DNA of 12,403 nucleotides from Gemmatimonadaceae bacterium (GCA_040902005.1 JBBDYA010000073.1:13424-25826); one strand, 5' to 3'. Numbered from the stretch's first letter, positions 1 through 7,910 are shown. Numbers and translations: made by a program. Notes: generated by a model from the sequence alone, not told the origin.

Positions 1-1256
1 ATGGGGGCGCGCTGCACTGCGAGGGTGTGTCGATCGAGCGCATCGCGCGCGAGGTCGGGACGCCGATGTACGTCTACAGCACCGCCGTCATCGCCGACCG
101 GTATGCGCGCCTGCACGCCATGCTCTCGGACGTGCCTCACAAGGTGCACTATACCCTCAAGGCGAACTCCAGTCGCGCGATACTCGCGTTACTGCGCGAG
201 CTCGGAGCCGGCGCGGAGGTCGTGTCCGCCGGTGAGCTGCGCCGCGCGCTGCGCGCCGGTTTCACCGGCCGCGACATCATCTTCGGCGGCGTCGGTAAGA
301 CGGATGACGAGCTGCGCGAGGCGCTGGACGCCGGCGTGCTGCTCATCAACGCCGAGTCGGCGGCAGAAGTCACGCGCCTCGACGAACTCGCCCGCGAAGC
401 CGGCGTCGTCGCTCCACTTGGCTTGCGTGTGAACCCGGAGCTCAAGCTGCGCTCCGGCACGCACCAGTACATCAAGACCGGGGAGAAGGGACACAAGTTC
501 GGTATTTCGTTCGATGACGCGCTGCCGATCGCCCAGGCGGCGGCGGCGATGAAACACGTGGAGCTGCTCGGGCTGGATATGCATCTCGGGTCGCAGCTGT
601 CCCGCATCGAACCCTACCGTGCGGGCACCGAGCGCCTCATGGCGCTGTATCGGGAGCTGTGCGCGGTGGGCATTTCCACCATCCGGTATCTCGACGTCGG
701 CGGGGGACTCGGCGTCCGGTACGACACCGAGCAGCCGCCGGATCTCGACCGGTTCGCGCGGGTGGTGCTGCCGCTGCTTGCCGATACACCGCTCACGCTG
801 GTGATGGAACCCGGCCGTTTCATCGTGGGCAACGCGGCCGTGCTCGTGGCAACGGTGCTGTACCGCAAGCGAAGCGGTGACAAGGAATACGTCATCACGG
901 ACACCGGGATGACCGAGCTGCTGCGTCCGTCCCACTACGGCGCGTATCACCGCATCGAGGCCGTCGACGGCGCTCGCGATGGTGATGTCATCGTCGCTGA
1001 CGTCGTCGGACCCGTGTGCGAGAGCGGCGATTTCCTGGCGTTGGAGCGGACGCTCCCGAACGTGCGCCCGGGCGACCGGATGGCCGTGTACGACGTCGGC
1101 GCGTACGGGTACGCGATGGCCTCCAACTACAACGGACGACGCCGTCCGCCGGAAGTACTCGTGGATGGTGATCGGTTCGCGGTGATCACGCGGCGCGAGA
1201 GCTACGACGACCTGATGCGGCTCGAGATCGACGAGCCCGCGTGGAGGAGCACATGA
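1..1256 (+). CDS. lysA: Diaminopimelate decarboxylase, 5'-truncated by the window edge
   Basis: PLP-lysine motif YTLKAN, HLGSQ, DVGGGLG, EPGRFIVG, GPVCESGD and GAYGYAMASNYNGR. The frame is open upstream of the GTG at 27 (GGALHCEGVSIERIAREVGTP, a typical LysA N-terminus), so the true start lies before base 1. Confidence 0.96.
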   Translation, partial: GGALHCEGVSIERIAREVGTPMYVYSTAVIADRYARLHAMLSDVPHKVHYTLKANSSRAILALLRELGAGAEVVSAGELRRALRAGFTGRDIIFGGVGKTDDELREALDAGVLLINAESAAEVTRLDELAREAGVVAPLGLRVNPELKLRSGTHQYIKTGEKGHKFGISFDDALPIAQAAAAMKHVELLGLDMHLGSQLSRIEPYRAGTERLMALYRELCAVGISTIRYLDVGGGLGVRYDTEQPPDLDRFARVVLPLLADTPLTLVMEPGRFIVGNAAVLVATVLYRKRSGDKEYVITDTGMTELLRPSHYGAYHRIEAVDGARDGDVIVADVVGPVCESGDFLALERTLPNVRPGDRMAVYDVGAYGYAMASNYNGRRRPPEVLVDGDRFAVITRRESYDDLMRLEIDEPAWRST

Positions 1257-1762
1257 AAGTCGGGTTGATGGCGGACAGCCACGATCGAGTGCCGGCGGTC
1301 GCCGAGCTGCTGCGGCGGATGCGGGATCAGGGCGCGACCATGGTGCTGCACGCCGGCGACTTCGTGTCGCCGCTGATCCTCAAGCCGTTCGAGGACCTGC
1401 ACATGACGCTCGCCGGCGTCTTCGGACTGAATGACGGTGACCCGCAGGGACTGATGTCGCGCGCCAGCGCCGGACTCGGACTGGAGCTCTTCGAGTCGCC
1501 CCACAGCTTCGAGGTGGCCGGCAAGCAGATCCTGCTGGTGCACGACATCGGGGACGTGCAGAAGCGCTCGGTCGCGGCGCACAGCATCGTGGTGCACGGG
1601 TTTACGCACAAGCAGGCGATGAAAACGCGTGGCGACACGCTGCTGGTAAATCCCGGCGAGGCGTGCGGCTGGATGTTCGACACGCCCGGCGCGGCCCTGC
1701 TCGACCTCGACACGAAGCATGTGGAGTTTCTCACGCTCGACGGCCCCGAATGGAAATTCTGA
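1253..1762 (+). CDS. YfcE/MJ0936-like metallophosphoesterase (calcineurin-like fold) with degenerate metal motifs
   Basis: [11 protein letters not shown] (DxH), LHAGD, GLNDGD, LVHD, HGFTH, LVNPGE. ATG at 1253 overlaps the lysA TGA (ATGA), with a GGAGG Shine-Dalgarno at 1243-1247. Confidence 0.88.
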   Translation: MKVGLMADSHDRVPAVAELLRRMRDQGATMVLHAGDFVSPLILKPFEDLHMTLAGVFGLNDGDPQGLMSRASAGLGLELFESPHSFEVAGKQILLVHDIGDVQKRSVAAHSIVVHGFTHKQAMKTRGDTLLVNPGEACGWMFDTPGAALLDLDTKHVEFLTLDGPEWKF

Positions 1763-1763
1763 C

Positions 1764-3308
1764 GTGACGTCGCGGATCCTCATTCTCGACTTCGGCTCAC
1801 AGTTTACGCAGCTCATCGCGCGCCGGGTCCGGGAAGCGCGCGTCTATTCCGAGATTCACCCGCCCTCGCGAAGCGTGGAATGGGTGCGCGAATGGAATCC
1901 AACCGGCATCATCCTCAGCGGTGGCCCAGCCTCCGTGTACGAAGAGAACGTGCCCTCGGCCGACCCCCGCCTGTTGGAGATTGCGCCCGTGCTGGGCATC
2001 TGCTACGGCATGCAGCTCATCGCGCACCTGGAAGGCGGTGCCGTGGTCGGCGCCGGCAAGCGCGAGTATGGCCGCGCCGAGGTGCAGATCACCGATGCAT
2101 CGGGAATCTTCGAGGGGTTCTCGGCCGACGAAGGGATGACGGCCTGGATGAGCCACGGCGATCATGTGGACCGTCCGCCCAGCGGTTACCTGGTGACCGC
2201 ACGCAGCAGTACCGTACCCATTGCCGCGATGCGGCACGAGCGCCGGCCGATTTTTGGCGTGCAGTTTCATCCGGAAGTCGCGCATACCCCTCGGGGCGGT
2301 GAACTGATCGCCAACTTCCTGTTCAACGCATGCAAGGCCGTGCCGGACTGGACGCCCGGCATGTTCATCGACGCCGAGCTGGAGAAGATCCGGCAGCTGG
2401 TGGGCGAGGCGCACGTGGTGTGCGGCCTGTCTGGCGGCGTGGATTCGTCCGTGGCGGCGGCGCTGGTCCATCGCGCGATCGGGGACCAGCTCACCTGCGT
2501 GTTCGTGGACACCGGACTCCTGCGCCTGCACGAGCGCGAGCAGGTGGAGCGAACGTTCCGCGCGAACATGGGCGTGCAGCTGGTGACGGTCGATGCGTCC
2601 GCGCGCTTCCTGTCGGCCCTCGAGGACGTGGAGGACCCGGAAACCAAGCGGAAGATCATCGGCCACACGTTCATCGACGTGTTCGAGGATGCATCAGCCG
2701 AGGCCGGGAAGGGCGCACGCTTCCTCGTGCAGGGCACGCTGTACCCGGACGTGATCGAATCGATGGCGCCGCGGGGCGGGCCGTCCGCGACGATCAAGAC
2801 GCATCACAACGTGGGCGGGCTCAAGCCGGACATGAAGTTCGAGCTCATCGAACCGCTCCGCGAGCTGTTCAAGGATGAGGTGCGGAACGTGGGCCGCGAG
2901 CTGGGACTTCCGGAGGAGATGATCGGACGGCACCCGTTTCCCGGCCCCGGGCTTGGCATCCGCGTGCTGGGGGCGGTGTCGCCGGACAAACTGGACGTGC
3001 TGCGGAAAGCCGACGCGATCTATCTCGAGGAAATCCGCGACGCGGGACTCTACGACGAGATCTGGCAGGCGTTTGCCGTCATGCTGCCGGTGCGCAGCGT
3101 GGGCGTCATGGGCGACTACCGCACCTACGAGAACGTGGTGGCGCTCCGGGCGGTGACCTCGTCGGACGGCATGACGGCGGACTGGTATCCCTTTCCACAC
3201 GACGTGCTCGGACGCATCTCCAGCCGGATCATCAACGAGGTGAAGGGAGTGAACCGCGTGGTGTACGACGTGAGTTCCAAGCCCCCCGCGACGATCGAGT
3301 GGGAGTGA
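1764..3308 (+). CDS. guaA: Glutamine-hydrolysing GMP synthase
   Basis: [27 protein letters not shown] (catalytic Cys), QFHPEV, SGGVDS PP-loop, [18 protein letters not shown]-terminal [10 protein letters not shown]. The GTG at 1764, 1 nt after the upstream stop, is preferred over 1719. Confidence 0.98.
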   Translation: MTSRILILDFGSQFTQLIARRVREARVYSEIHPPSRSVEWVREWNPTGIILSGGPASVYEENVPSADPRLLEIAPVLGICYGMQLIAHLEGGAVVGAGKREYGRAEVQITDASGIFEGFSADEGMTAWMSHGDHVDRPPSGYLVTARSSTVPIAAMRHERRPIFGVQFHPEVAHTPRGGELIANFLFNACKAVPDWTPGMFIDAELEKIRQLVGEAHVVCGLSGGVDSSVAAALVHRAIGDQLTCVFVDTGLLRLHEREQVERTFRANMGVQLVTVDASARFLSALEDVEDPETKRKIIGHTFIDVFEDASAEAGKGARFLVQGTLYPDVIESMAPRGGPSATIKTHHNVGGLKPDMKFELIEPLRELFKDEVRNVGRELGLPEEMIGRHPFPGPGLGIRVLGAVSPDKLDVLRKADAIYLEEIRDAGLYDEIWQAFAVMLPVRSVGVMGDYRTYENVVALRAVTSSDGMTADWYPFPHDVLGRISSRIINEVKGVNRVVYDVSSKPPATIEWE

Positions 3309-3318
3309 CTACACTCCC
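3301..3318. terminator. Short hairpin at the convergent guaA / EIIA junction
   Basis: GGGAGTG-ACTA-CACTCCC: 7-bp perfect stem and 4-nt loop spanning both abutting stop codons. No clear U-tract. Confidence 0.3.
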
Positions 3319-3761
3319 TTCTCCTCGAGCAAGGCCAGGAACTCTCTCGGCTCGCTGATCTCGAGCAGCCGGGACGGCACGTCCTGCTCCTTCGAGAACT
3401 GCGCGATCTTGCCGAGCACCGGCAGGTACTGGTTCGAGACTTCGAGCGGCGGCGCGACGATGAGAAAGAAGAAGTTCACCGGCTTCTCATCGATCGCCTT
3501 GAAATCCACACCGGCCTTCTTGCGCCCAAATGCCACGCGCAGCTTGGTCACCACCAGCGAGCGGCAGTGGGGAATCGCTATCCCGCGGCCGATGCCCGTC
3601 GAGCCGAGATTCTCGCGTCGTTTGAGCATCTTGAAGAGCATCCCCTGACTCTTCTCGTCGAGCTTGAGCAGCGCGATGAGCTCCCGGAGCACGTCGTCCT
3701 TGGTGGACCCGGCCAGGTTCAACTCGATCGCGTCTTCGCTGAAGAACTCACGCAGTTCCAT
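3309..3761 (-). CDS. PTS sugar/nitrogen-regulatory IIA component (PtsN/FruA-type EIIA), stand-alone
   Basis: RRENLGSTGIGRGIAIPHCR phospho-His motif, GVDFKAIDEKPVNFFFLIVAP, YLPVLGKIA. 150-aa single domain. Confidence 0.92.
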   Translation of the reverse strand: MELREFFSEDAIELNLAGSTKDDVLRELIALLKLDEKSQGMLFKMLKRRENLGSTGIGRGIAIPHCRSLVVTKLRVAFGRKKAGVDFKAIDEKPVNFFFLIVAPPLEVSNQYLPVLGKIAQFSKEQDVPSRLLEISEPREFLALLEEKGV

Positions 3762-3769
3762 GGGAACCG

Positions 3770-3799
3770 AAGTTAAGCGGCACTGGGAACCGCTGTCAA
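3770..3799 (-). promoter_or_regulatory. Sigma70-type promoter for the EIIA gene
   Basis: On the - strand: perfect TTGACA (3799-3794), 18-bp spacer, TAACTT (3775-3770). The ATG follows 8 nt later with no Shine-Dalgarno. Confidence 0.65.
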
Positions 3800-3808
3800 A
3801 CGCCGACG

Positions 3809-3837
3809 TTGCTTAGGTTTACGCGGCGCAGTAGGTT
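3809..3837 (+). promoter_or_regulatory. Sigma70-type promoter for the dusB operon
   Basis: TTGCTT (3809-3814), 17-bp spacer, TAGGTT (3832-3837). This is the same -10 hexamer as in the ssrA promoter. The GTG start at 3843 lies 5 nt downstream. Confidence 0.55.
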
Positions 3838-3842
3838 GAGTC

Positions 3843-4871
3843 GTGACCCGCTTTCCCTTCCACGTTCCGGCCGCCGTGCCGTTGTACCTGGCTCCGATGG
3901 CCGGGGTCTCGGAGTCGCCGTTCCGGCGGCTGTGCCGCCGCTTTGGGGCCGATGTGGTCGTCACGGAGTTCCTGTCCGCTGAAGGGATCCGCCGCGAGAA
4001 CGAAGCCACCCTGGCCAAGCTTCGGTTCGGTCCCGACGAGCGCCCCATCGGCGTGCAGATCTTCGGGTCCGACCCTGCGGCCATGGGCGACGCAGCCGCA
4101 CTCGTCACCGAGGTGTTCCAGCCCGAGTTCATCGACATCAACTTCGGCTGCCCGGTGAAAAAGGTGGTGAAGCGGAACGGCGGGTCGGGTTGCCTCAAGG
4201 ACTTGGACCTCGTGCAGACGATCATCCGGTCGGTCAGCGACAGCACGAGCCTGCCGGTGACGGTCAAGATTCGCAGCGGGTGGAACGAGGACACACGGGC
4301 CCCGGTCGCGATCGCGCTGCGCTGCCAGGACGCCGGTGCCCGCGCACTCGCGCTCCACCCGCGCACGCGCACGCAGATGTATTCGGGCCATGCACACTGG
4401 AACGAGATTGCCGCCGTGAAGCGCGCGCTCTCGATCCCAGTGATTGGCAACGGCGACATCAAGACCCCCGAGGACGCCGTCCGCATGCACCGCGAAACCG
4501 GCTGCGATGCGATCATGATTGCCCGTGGGTCTTTCGGACAGCCGTGGATTTTCCACCAGACGCGGGACCTGCTGTCCGGCGTGCCGAAGCGGGCCACACC
4601 CGATGTCGCCACACGGTTTGGCATCGCCATCGACCACGCGCGCATGGCGGCGGCGTACGAGCTCGATCCGCGTGGCGCGGCGATCGAGTTCCGCAAGCAC
4701 CTGGGCTGGTACGCCCGGGGACTGCCCGGATCGGCGGACCTGCGCAAACAACTGCACGCGGTGAACTCTCTGGACGAGGTCGAGGGGATCTTCGCCGCGT
4801 ACCTCGCGAACCGCGAAGGCGACGACGCCAACCGAACGACCGCGGACGAGTTCGAGGCAGCCGCGGTATGA
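3843..4871 (+). CDS. dusB: tRNA-dihydrouridine synthase B
   Basis: LAPMAGVS, GVQIFGSDP, IDINFGCP (catalytic Cys), PVTVKIRSGW, HPRTRTQMYSG, IPVIGNGDI, IMIARGSFGQPWIF, RKHLGWY. Confidence 0.95.
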   Translation: MTRFPFHVPAAVPLYLAPMAGVSESPFRRLCRRFGADVVVTEFLSAEGIRRENEATLAKLRFGPDERPIGVQIFGSDPAAMGDAAALVTEVFQPEFIDINFGCPVKKVVKRNGGSGCLKDLDLVQTIIRSVSDSTSLPVTVKIRSGWNEDTRAPVAIALRCQDAGARALALHPRTRTQMYSGHAHWNEIAAVKRALSIPVIGNGDIKTPEDAVRMHRETGCDAIMIARGSFGQPWIFHQTRDLLSGVPKRATPDVATRFGIAIDHARMAAAYELDPRGAAIEFRKHLGWYARGLPGSADLRKQLHAVNSLDEVEGIFAAYLANREGDDANRTTADEFEAAAV

Positions 4872-5617
4872 CGCGTGAGCGCGTTCGCGACCTGCTCACG
4901 CGGGTGGCGGACGGCACCACGTCGCCAGACCGTGCATTGACCGACCTGGCGGCGGAGCCGTTCGAGTCGCTCGGGTTCGCCACCATCGATCACCATCGGG
5001 CGCTGCGCCAGGGCTTCCCGGAGGTCATCTACGGCCAGGGGAAGACACCCGACCAGATCGTCGCGATTGGTGAGCGCATCGCGGAGCGGCACGGAGGGTT
5101 TCTCGCGACTCGCGTGGCCGATGAAGCGATGACCGCGCTCGCCGAGCGCTTCGACACACTCGAGTTGAATCGGCTCGGTCGCACGGCCTGGTTGCCCGGT
5201 GTCCAGCCGCCGCCTGCCGGCCGGGGAACGGTACTCGTGATCACGGCGGGCACCAGCGACCTGCCCGTCGCTGAAGAGGCGGCGGTCACGGCCCGCGCAC
5301 TGGGAGATCGCGTCGATCGGCTGACCGATGTGGGAGTGGCGGGACTGCACCGGCTGCTCGCCCGGAAGGAGGAGATACTCGGCGCCGCGGTGATCATCGT
5401 CATCGCTGGCATGGACGGGGCGCTGGCGTCCGTTGTCGGCGGGCTGGTGCGCGTGCCGGTGATCGCCGTGCCAACGAGCGTCGGGTACGGGGCGGCCTTT
5501 GGCGGCATCGCGCCATTGCTGACCATGTTGAACAGCTGCGCCGCGGGCGTGACGGTGGTGAACATCGACAACGGGTTCGGTGCGGCCATGGCCGCGTCGC
5601 GCATCACGCACTCCTGA
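4868..5617 (+). CDS. larB: Nickel-pincer nucleotide cofactor biosynthesis protein LarB (PurE/AIR-carboxylase-like fold)
   Basis: IDHHRALRQGFPEVIYGQGKT, TAGTSDLPVAEEA, DVGVAGLHRL, AGMDGALASVVGGL, PVIAVPTSVGYGA, MLNSCAAGVTVVNIDNGFGAA. ATG 4868 overlaps the dusB stop (ATGA), so the 4190 start in the ORF track is an overextension. Confidence 0.93.
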   Translation: MTRERVRDLLTRVADGTTSPDRALTDLAAEPFESLGFATIDHHRALRQGFPEVIYGQGKTPDQIVAIGERIAERHGGFLATRVADEAMTALAERFDTLELNRLGRTAWLPGVQPPPAGRGTVLVITAGTSDLPVAEEAAVTARALGDRVDRLTDVGVAGLHRLLARKEEILGAAVIIVIAGMDGALASVVGGLVRVPVIAVPTSVGYGAAFGGIAPLLTMLNSCAAGVTVVNIDNGFGAAMAASRITHS

Positions 5618-5619
5618 CC

Positions 5620-7290
5620 ATGATCTGGCTCATCCTGGCCTTCGCGTTCGTCGCGCTAGTGTCGCTCGCGGCGGCGACACGCCATGGCATGCGGCTGGCG
5701 GCCCGTGCCCGGCTCTCGGAGGATGCGGAGTCGGTTGACGCGGAGCCGCGCGTGCGGCAATTCCTGGAGACCGGCACGCACCGCCTGGAATTGCCGCGCG
5801 GCAGCGTTGCAGATCTGCGCGTGAACGCGCCGACCGTTCTGGAAGAGGCGGAAGTCGCGTCGGACTTCGCGACGCTCGATGCGTTTCTGGCGGATGTGCG
5901 TGATTCCGTCGGCGCCGACGAAGCGATTTTCTGGCGCTGGAGCTCGTCGAGCGACTCCCTCCTGCCCGCGGCCTGGTCCACCCCCGGCGCGGCACCGAAG
6001 TTCTTCGACAAGACGGCGTGGAGTGGATTCGTGCAGTGGGCGGCCGAAGGAAAGGTCATGCATTTCGACGCGGACGCCAGGGTGGCGGTGACCCGCCTCG
6101 CCGCTGCGCCGATCGAGCATGATGGCGCGCTGATCGGCGTGTTGAGCGTCGCGCGCGCGGAAGGGCTCGAACGTGGACGCGAGCATATCAAGTCGTGGCT
6201 CCCCAGGCACGCCGCCCAGATCGGCCGGCTGATGTCGCACTTCGAGCTGCGCCGGGAGTACGCGCGGCACATGCGCCAGAGTCAGGCGCTGCTCAAGGCC
6301 GCACAGGTGGTGCAGGCACACAAAGCGCCCGACGCGCTCATCCGATCGATCTGCGAAATCGCGCTGCGCGTGTCTTCCGCCTCGGACGCGGCGCTGATCC
6401 GGTGGCGCGCCGACGCGGGGCGCGGCTGGGTGCAGTTCACTACTCCAGGCTTCCGGCACAATCCACCGTTTCCGCTCTCGGCGGATTCGCTCACGGGCCG
6501 CACCTGCATCGCTGGGACGCTGCTGCTCATCGAGGACGTGAGCACCATGCGGGGTGAGAATCCGCTGTTCTTCGACGGAGACGGCGGCTGGACAAAAGGC
6601 ACGCTCGCCATCGTGCCGCTCAAGCTGGACGAGCGCGTGATCGGCGCCATCGTGGTCGCGTCGGATCGTCCCGCGTCAGTGCCGCGGGACGAGGCGCACA
6701 ACCTGACGCTGCTGGGCGCGCTCGCCGCACGGTCGCTGGAGATGGTGTGGGAGATCGAGGAGGTGAGCCGCCGCGCACGAACGGACGCCCTCACGGGACT
6801 CGCCAATCGGCGTGCCTTCGACGACCAGCTGGGCACCATGCTGGCGCACGCCGACCGCTTCGGCCACCCGGTGTCCCTCATCATGGCCGACGTGGACCAC
6901 TTCAAGGCCGTGAACGACAACTGGGGACACGAGGCGGGGGATGTCGTCCTCAAGGCCATTGCCGGTACCCTTACCGACGGCGTGCGCGCCGTGGACCTCT
7001 GCTGCCGATTCGGCGGAGAAGAGTTCGCGATCCTCCTGCCGCAGACAACGCTCCTCGGCGCCGCCGAGCTCGCTGACCGCCTTCGAAAAGAAGTGGAGGA
7101 AAGGCCGATCAGGACGGGGGGCGCAGAGATCTCCGTGACGATCTCGTGCGGAGTGGCCTGCTATCCCGAAGGGGTCCTCACCAGGGAAGCGTTGTTCGCC
7201 GGGGCTGATCGGGCCCTGTACGAAGCCAAGAGTGCGGGAAGAAACTGCGTGAAGTCAGCGATCCCAAAGCCAACCGGGATCGTCAGATAG
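5620..7290 (+). CDS. Membrane-anchored sensor diguanylate cyclase (N-terminal TM, GAF-like domains, GGDEF)
   Basis: Hydrophobic N-terminus MIWLILAFAFVALVSLAAA. GAF-type segments (AAAPIEHDGALIGVLSV; AIVPLKLDERVIGAIVV). TDALTGLANRR, DVDHFKAVNDNWGHEAGD, RxxD I-site (RAVD, 6985-6996), RFGGEEF (GGEEF 7012-7026), ADRALYEAKSAGRN. Confidence 0.93.
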   Translation: MIWLILAFAFVALVSLAAATRHGMRLAARARLSEDAESVDAEPRVRQFLETGTHRLELPRGSVADLRVNAPTVLEEAEVASDFATLDAFLADVRDSVGADEAIFWRWSSSSDSLLPAAWSTPGAAPKFFDKTAWSGFVQWAAEGKVMHFDADARVAVTRLAAAPIEHDGALIGVLSVARAEGLERGREHIKSWLPRHAAQIGRLMSHFELRREYARHMRQSQALLKAAQVVQAHKAPDALIRSICEIALRVSSASDAALIRWRADAGRGWVQFTTPGFRHNPPFPLSADSLTGRTCIAGTLLLIEDVSTMRGENPLFFDGDGGWTKGTLAIVPLKLDERVIGAIVVASDRPASVPRDEAHNLTLLGALAARSLEMVWEIEEVSRRARTDALTGLANRRAFDDQLGTMLAHADRFGHPVSLIMADVDHFKAVNDNWGHEAGDVVLKAIAGTLTDGVRAVDLCCRFGGEEFAILLPQTTLLGAAELADRLRKEVEERPIRTGGAEISVTISCGVACYPEGVLTREALFAGADRALYEAKSAGRNCVKSAIPKPTGIVR

Positions 7291-7315
7291 CGGAGCTTGC
7301 CACGTGCACGGCGCG

Positions 7316-7344
7316 TTGACCCGTGTGACACGATCCGTTAGGTT
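7316..7344 (+). promoter_or_regulatory. Sigma70-type promoter of ssrA
   Basis: TTGACC (7316-7321), 17-bp spacer, TAGGTT (7339-7344), ending 9 nt before the mature tmRNA 5' end. Confidence 0.75.
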
Positions 7345-7353
7345 CAGCCCTAC

Positions 7354-7707
7354 GGGGGCGACTGGATTCGACGGGATAAGTGAAGCCGTGGCCGCGTGCC
7401 CAGGTACTCGGGTTCCTGGTAAAACACTCGGGAAAAAAACAACAGCCAACAACAACCTGGCTCTCGCTGCGTAACTTCTAGTTACGCCGAGTGCCTGCGG
7501 AAAAGCCCGCCCGAGGCGGTTTCGCAGGTATCGCAAATTCGGGATAGTCTGCCTGGCGCGCCCGCCGCCAGTGGACGAGATCTAGTGGGCTCATCCGGCA
7601 GTCGGCGGTCCATCGGCCAGCTGACGGAAACATCCAACGGTGGACTACGCACGTAGAAGCTGTAGTGAATCTATTCTCGGACCGGGGTTCAAATCCCCGC
7701 GCCTCCA
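7354..7707 (+). ncRNA. ssrA: tmRNA (transfer-messenger RNA), one-piece, tag peptide (A)ANNNLALAA
   Basis: 5' GGGGGCGACTGGATTCGAC. The acceptor stem pairs with CGCCTCC (7700-7706), including the G3:U Ala determinant and discriminator A7707. T-arm CCGGGGTTCAAATCCCCG. PK1: CCAGG 7400-7404 / CCTGG 7415-7419 and CTCGGGT 7407-7413 / ACTCGGG 7426-7432. Tag ORF GCC AAC AAC AAC CTG GCT CTC GCT GCG TAA at 7445-7474. Confidence 0.97.
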
Positions 7708-7719
7708 CTTGTAAGTACC

Positions 7720-7758
7720 AAAAGGGCCTCGACTTGGAAACGAGTCGAGGTCTTTTTT
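7720..7758 (+). terminator. Rho-independent terminator of ssrA
   Basis: AAAAGGGCCTCGACTTG-GAAA-CGAGTCGAGGTCTTTTTT: long stem with G:U pairs, GNRA tetraloop and U-tract. The 5' A-run could allow bidirectional use. Confidence 0.92.
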
Positions 7759-7910
7759 GTCCCATGGCGACGTGGGCCGCAATTGGCGGAGCAGCACGAA
7801 CGTCCCAACGGCCGGCCCTTTCGTCCTGATCTCAAGCGGCTCATCCCGTGCTGCTCGCAGCCGGGCTAGCCGCCGCGTACACTGGGCCGTCTCCGTCCGG
7901 GAAACCTGCG

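Noticed and set aside
1719..1763. Longer guaA start at 1719
   Set aside because: It overlaps the phosphoesterase gene. GuaA similarity begins just after the GTG at 1764.
4190..4867. 226-aa N-terminal extension of LarB in the ORF track
   Set aside because: It lies out of frame within dusB and is R/G/P-rich with no family features. The ATGA overlap at 4868 gives a normal-length LarB.
3773..5611. 612-aa ORF on the - strand
   Set aside because: Antisense shadow of dusB and larB. It has no recognisable motifs, and long stop-free antisense frames are expected in GC-rich coding DNA.
7433..7456. AAC-rich low-complexity run as a microsatellite or CRISPR-like repeat
   Set aside because: It is explained by the tmRNA resume region and the three Asn codons of the tag.
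7255..7765. Minus-strand ORFs 7255-7536 and 7478-7765
   Set aside because: They are antisense to the tmRNA gene and its promoter and terminator, with no protein features.
7798..7824. ECF-sigma-like promoter (GAAC...CGTC) upstream of the cytochrome gene
   Set aside because: The spacing is longer than typical and the motifs are too short to support in GC-rich DNA.
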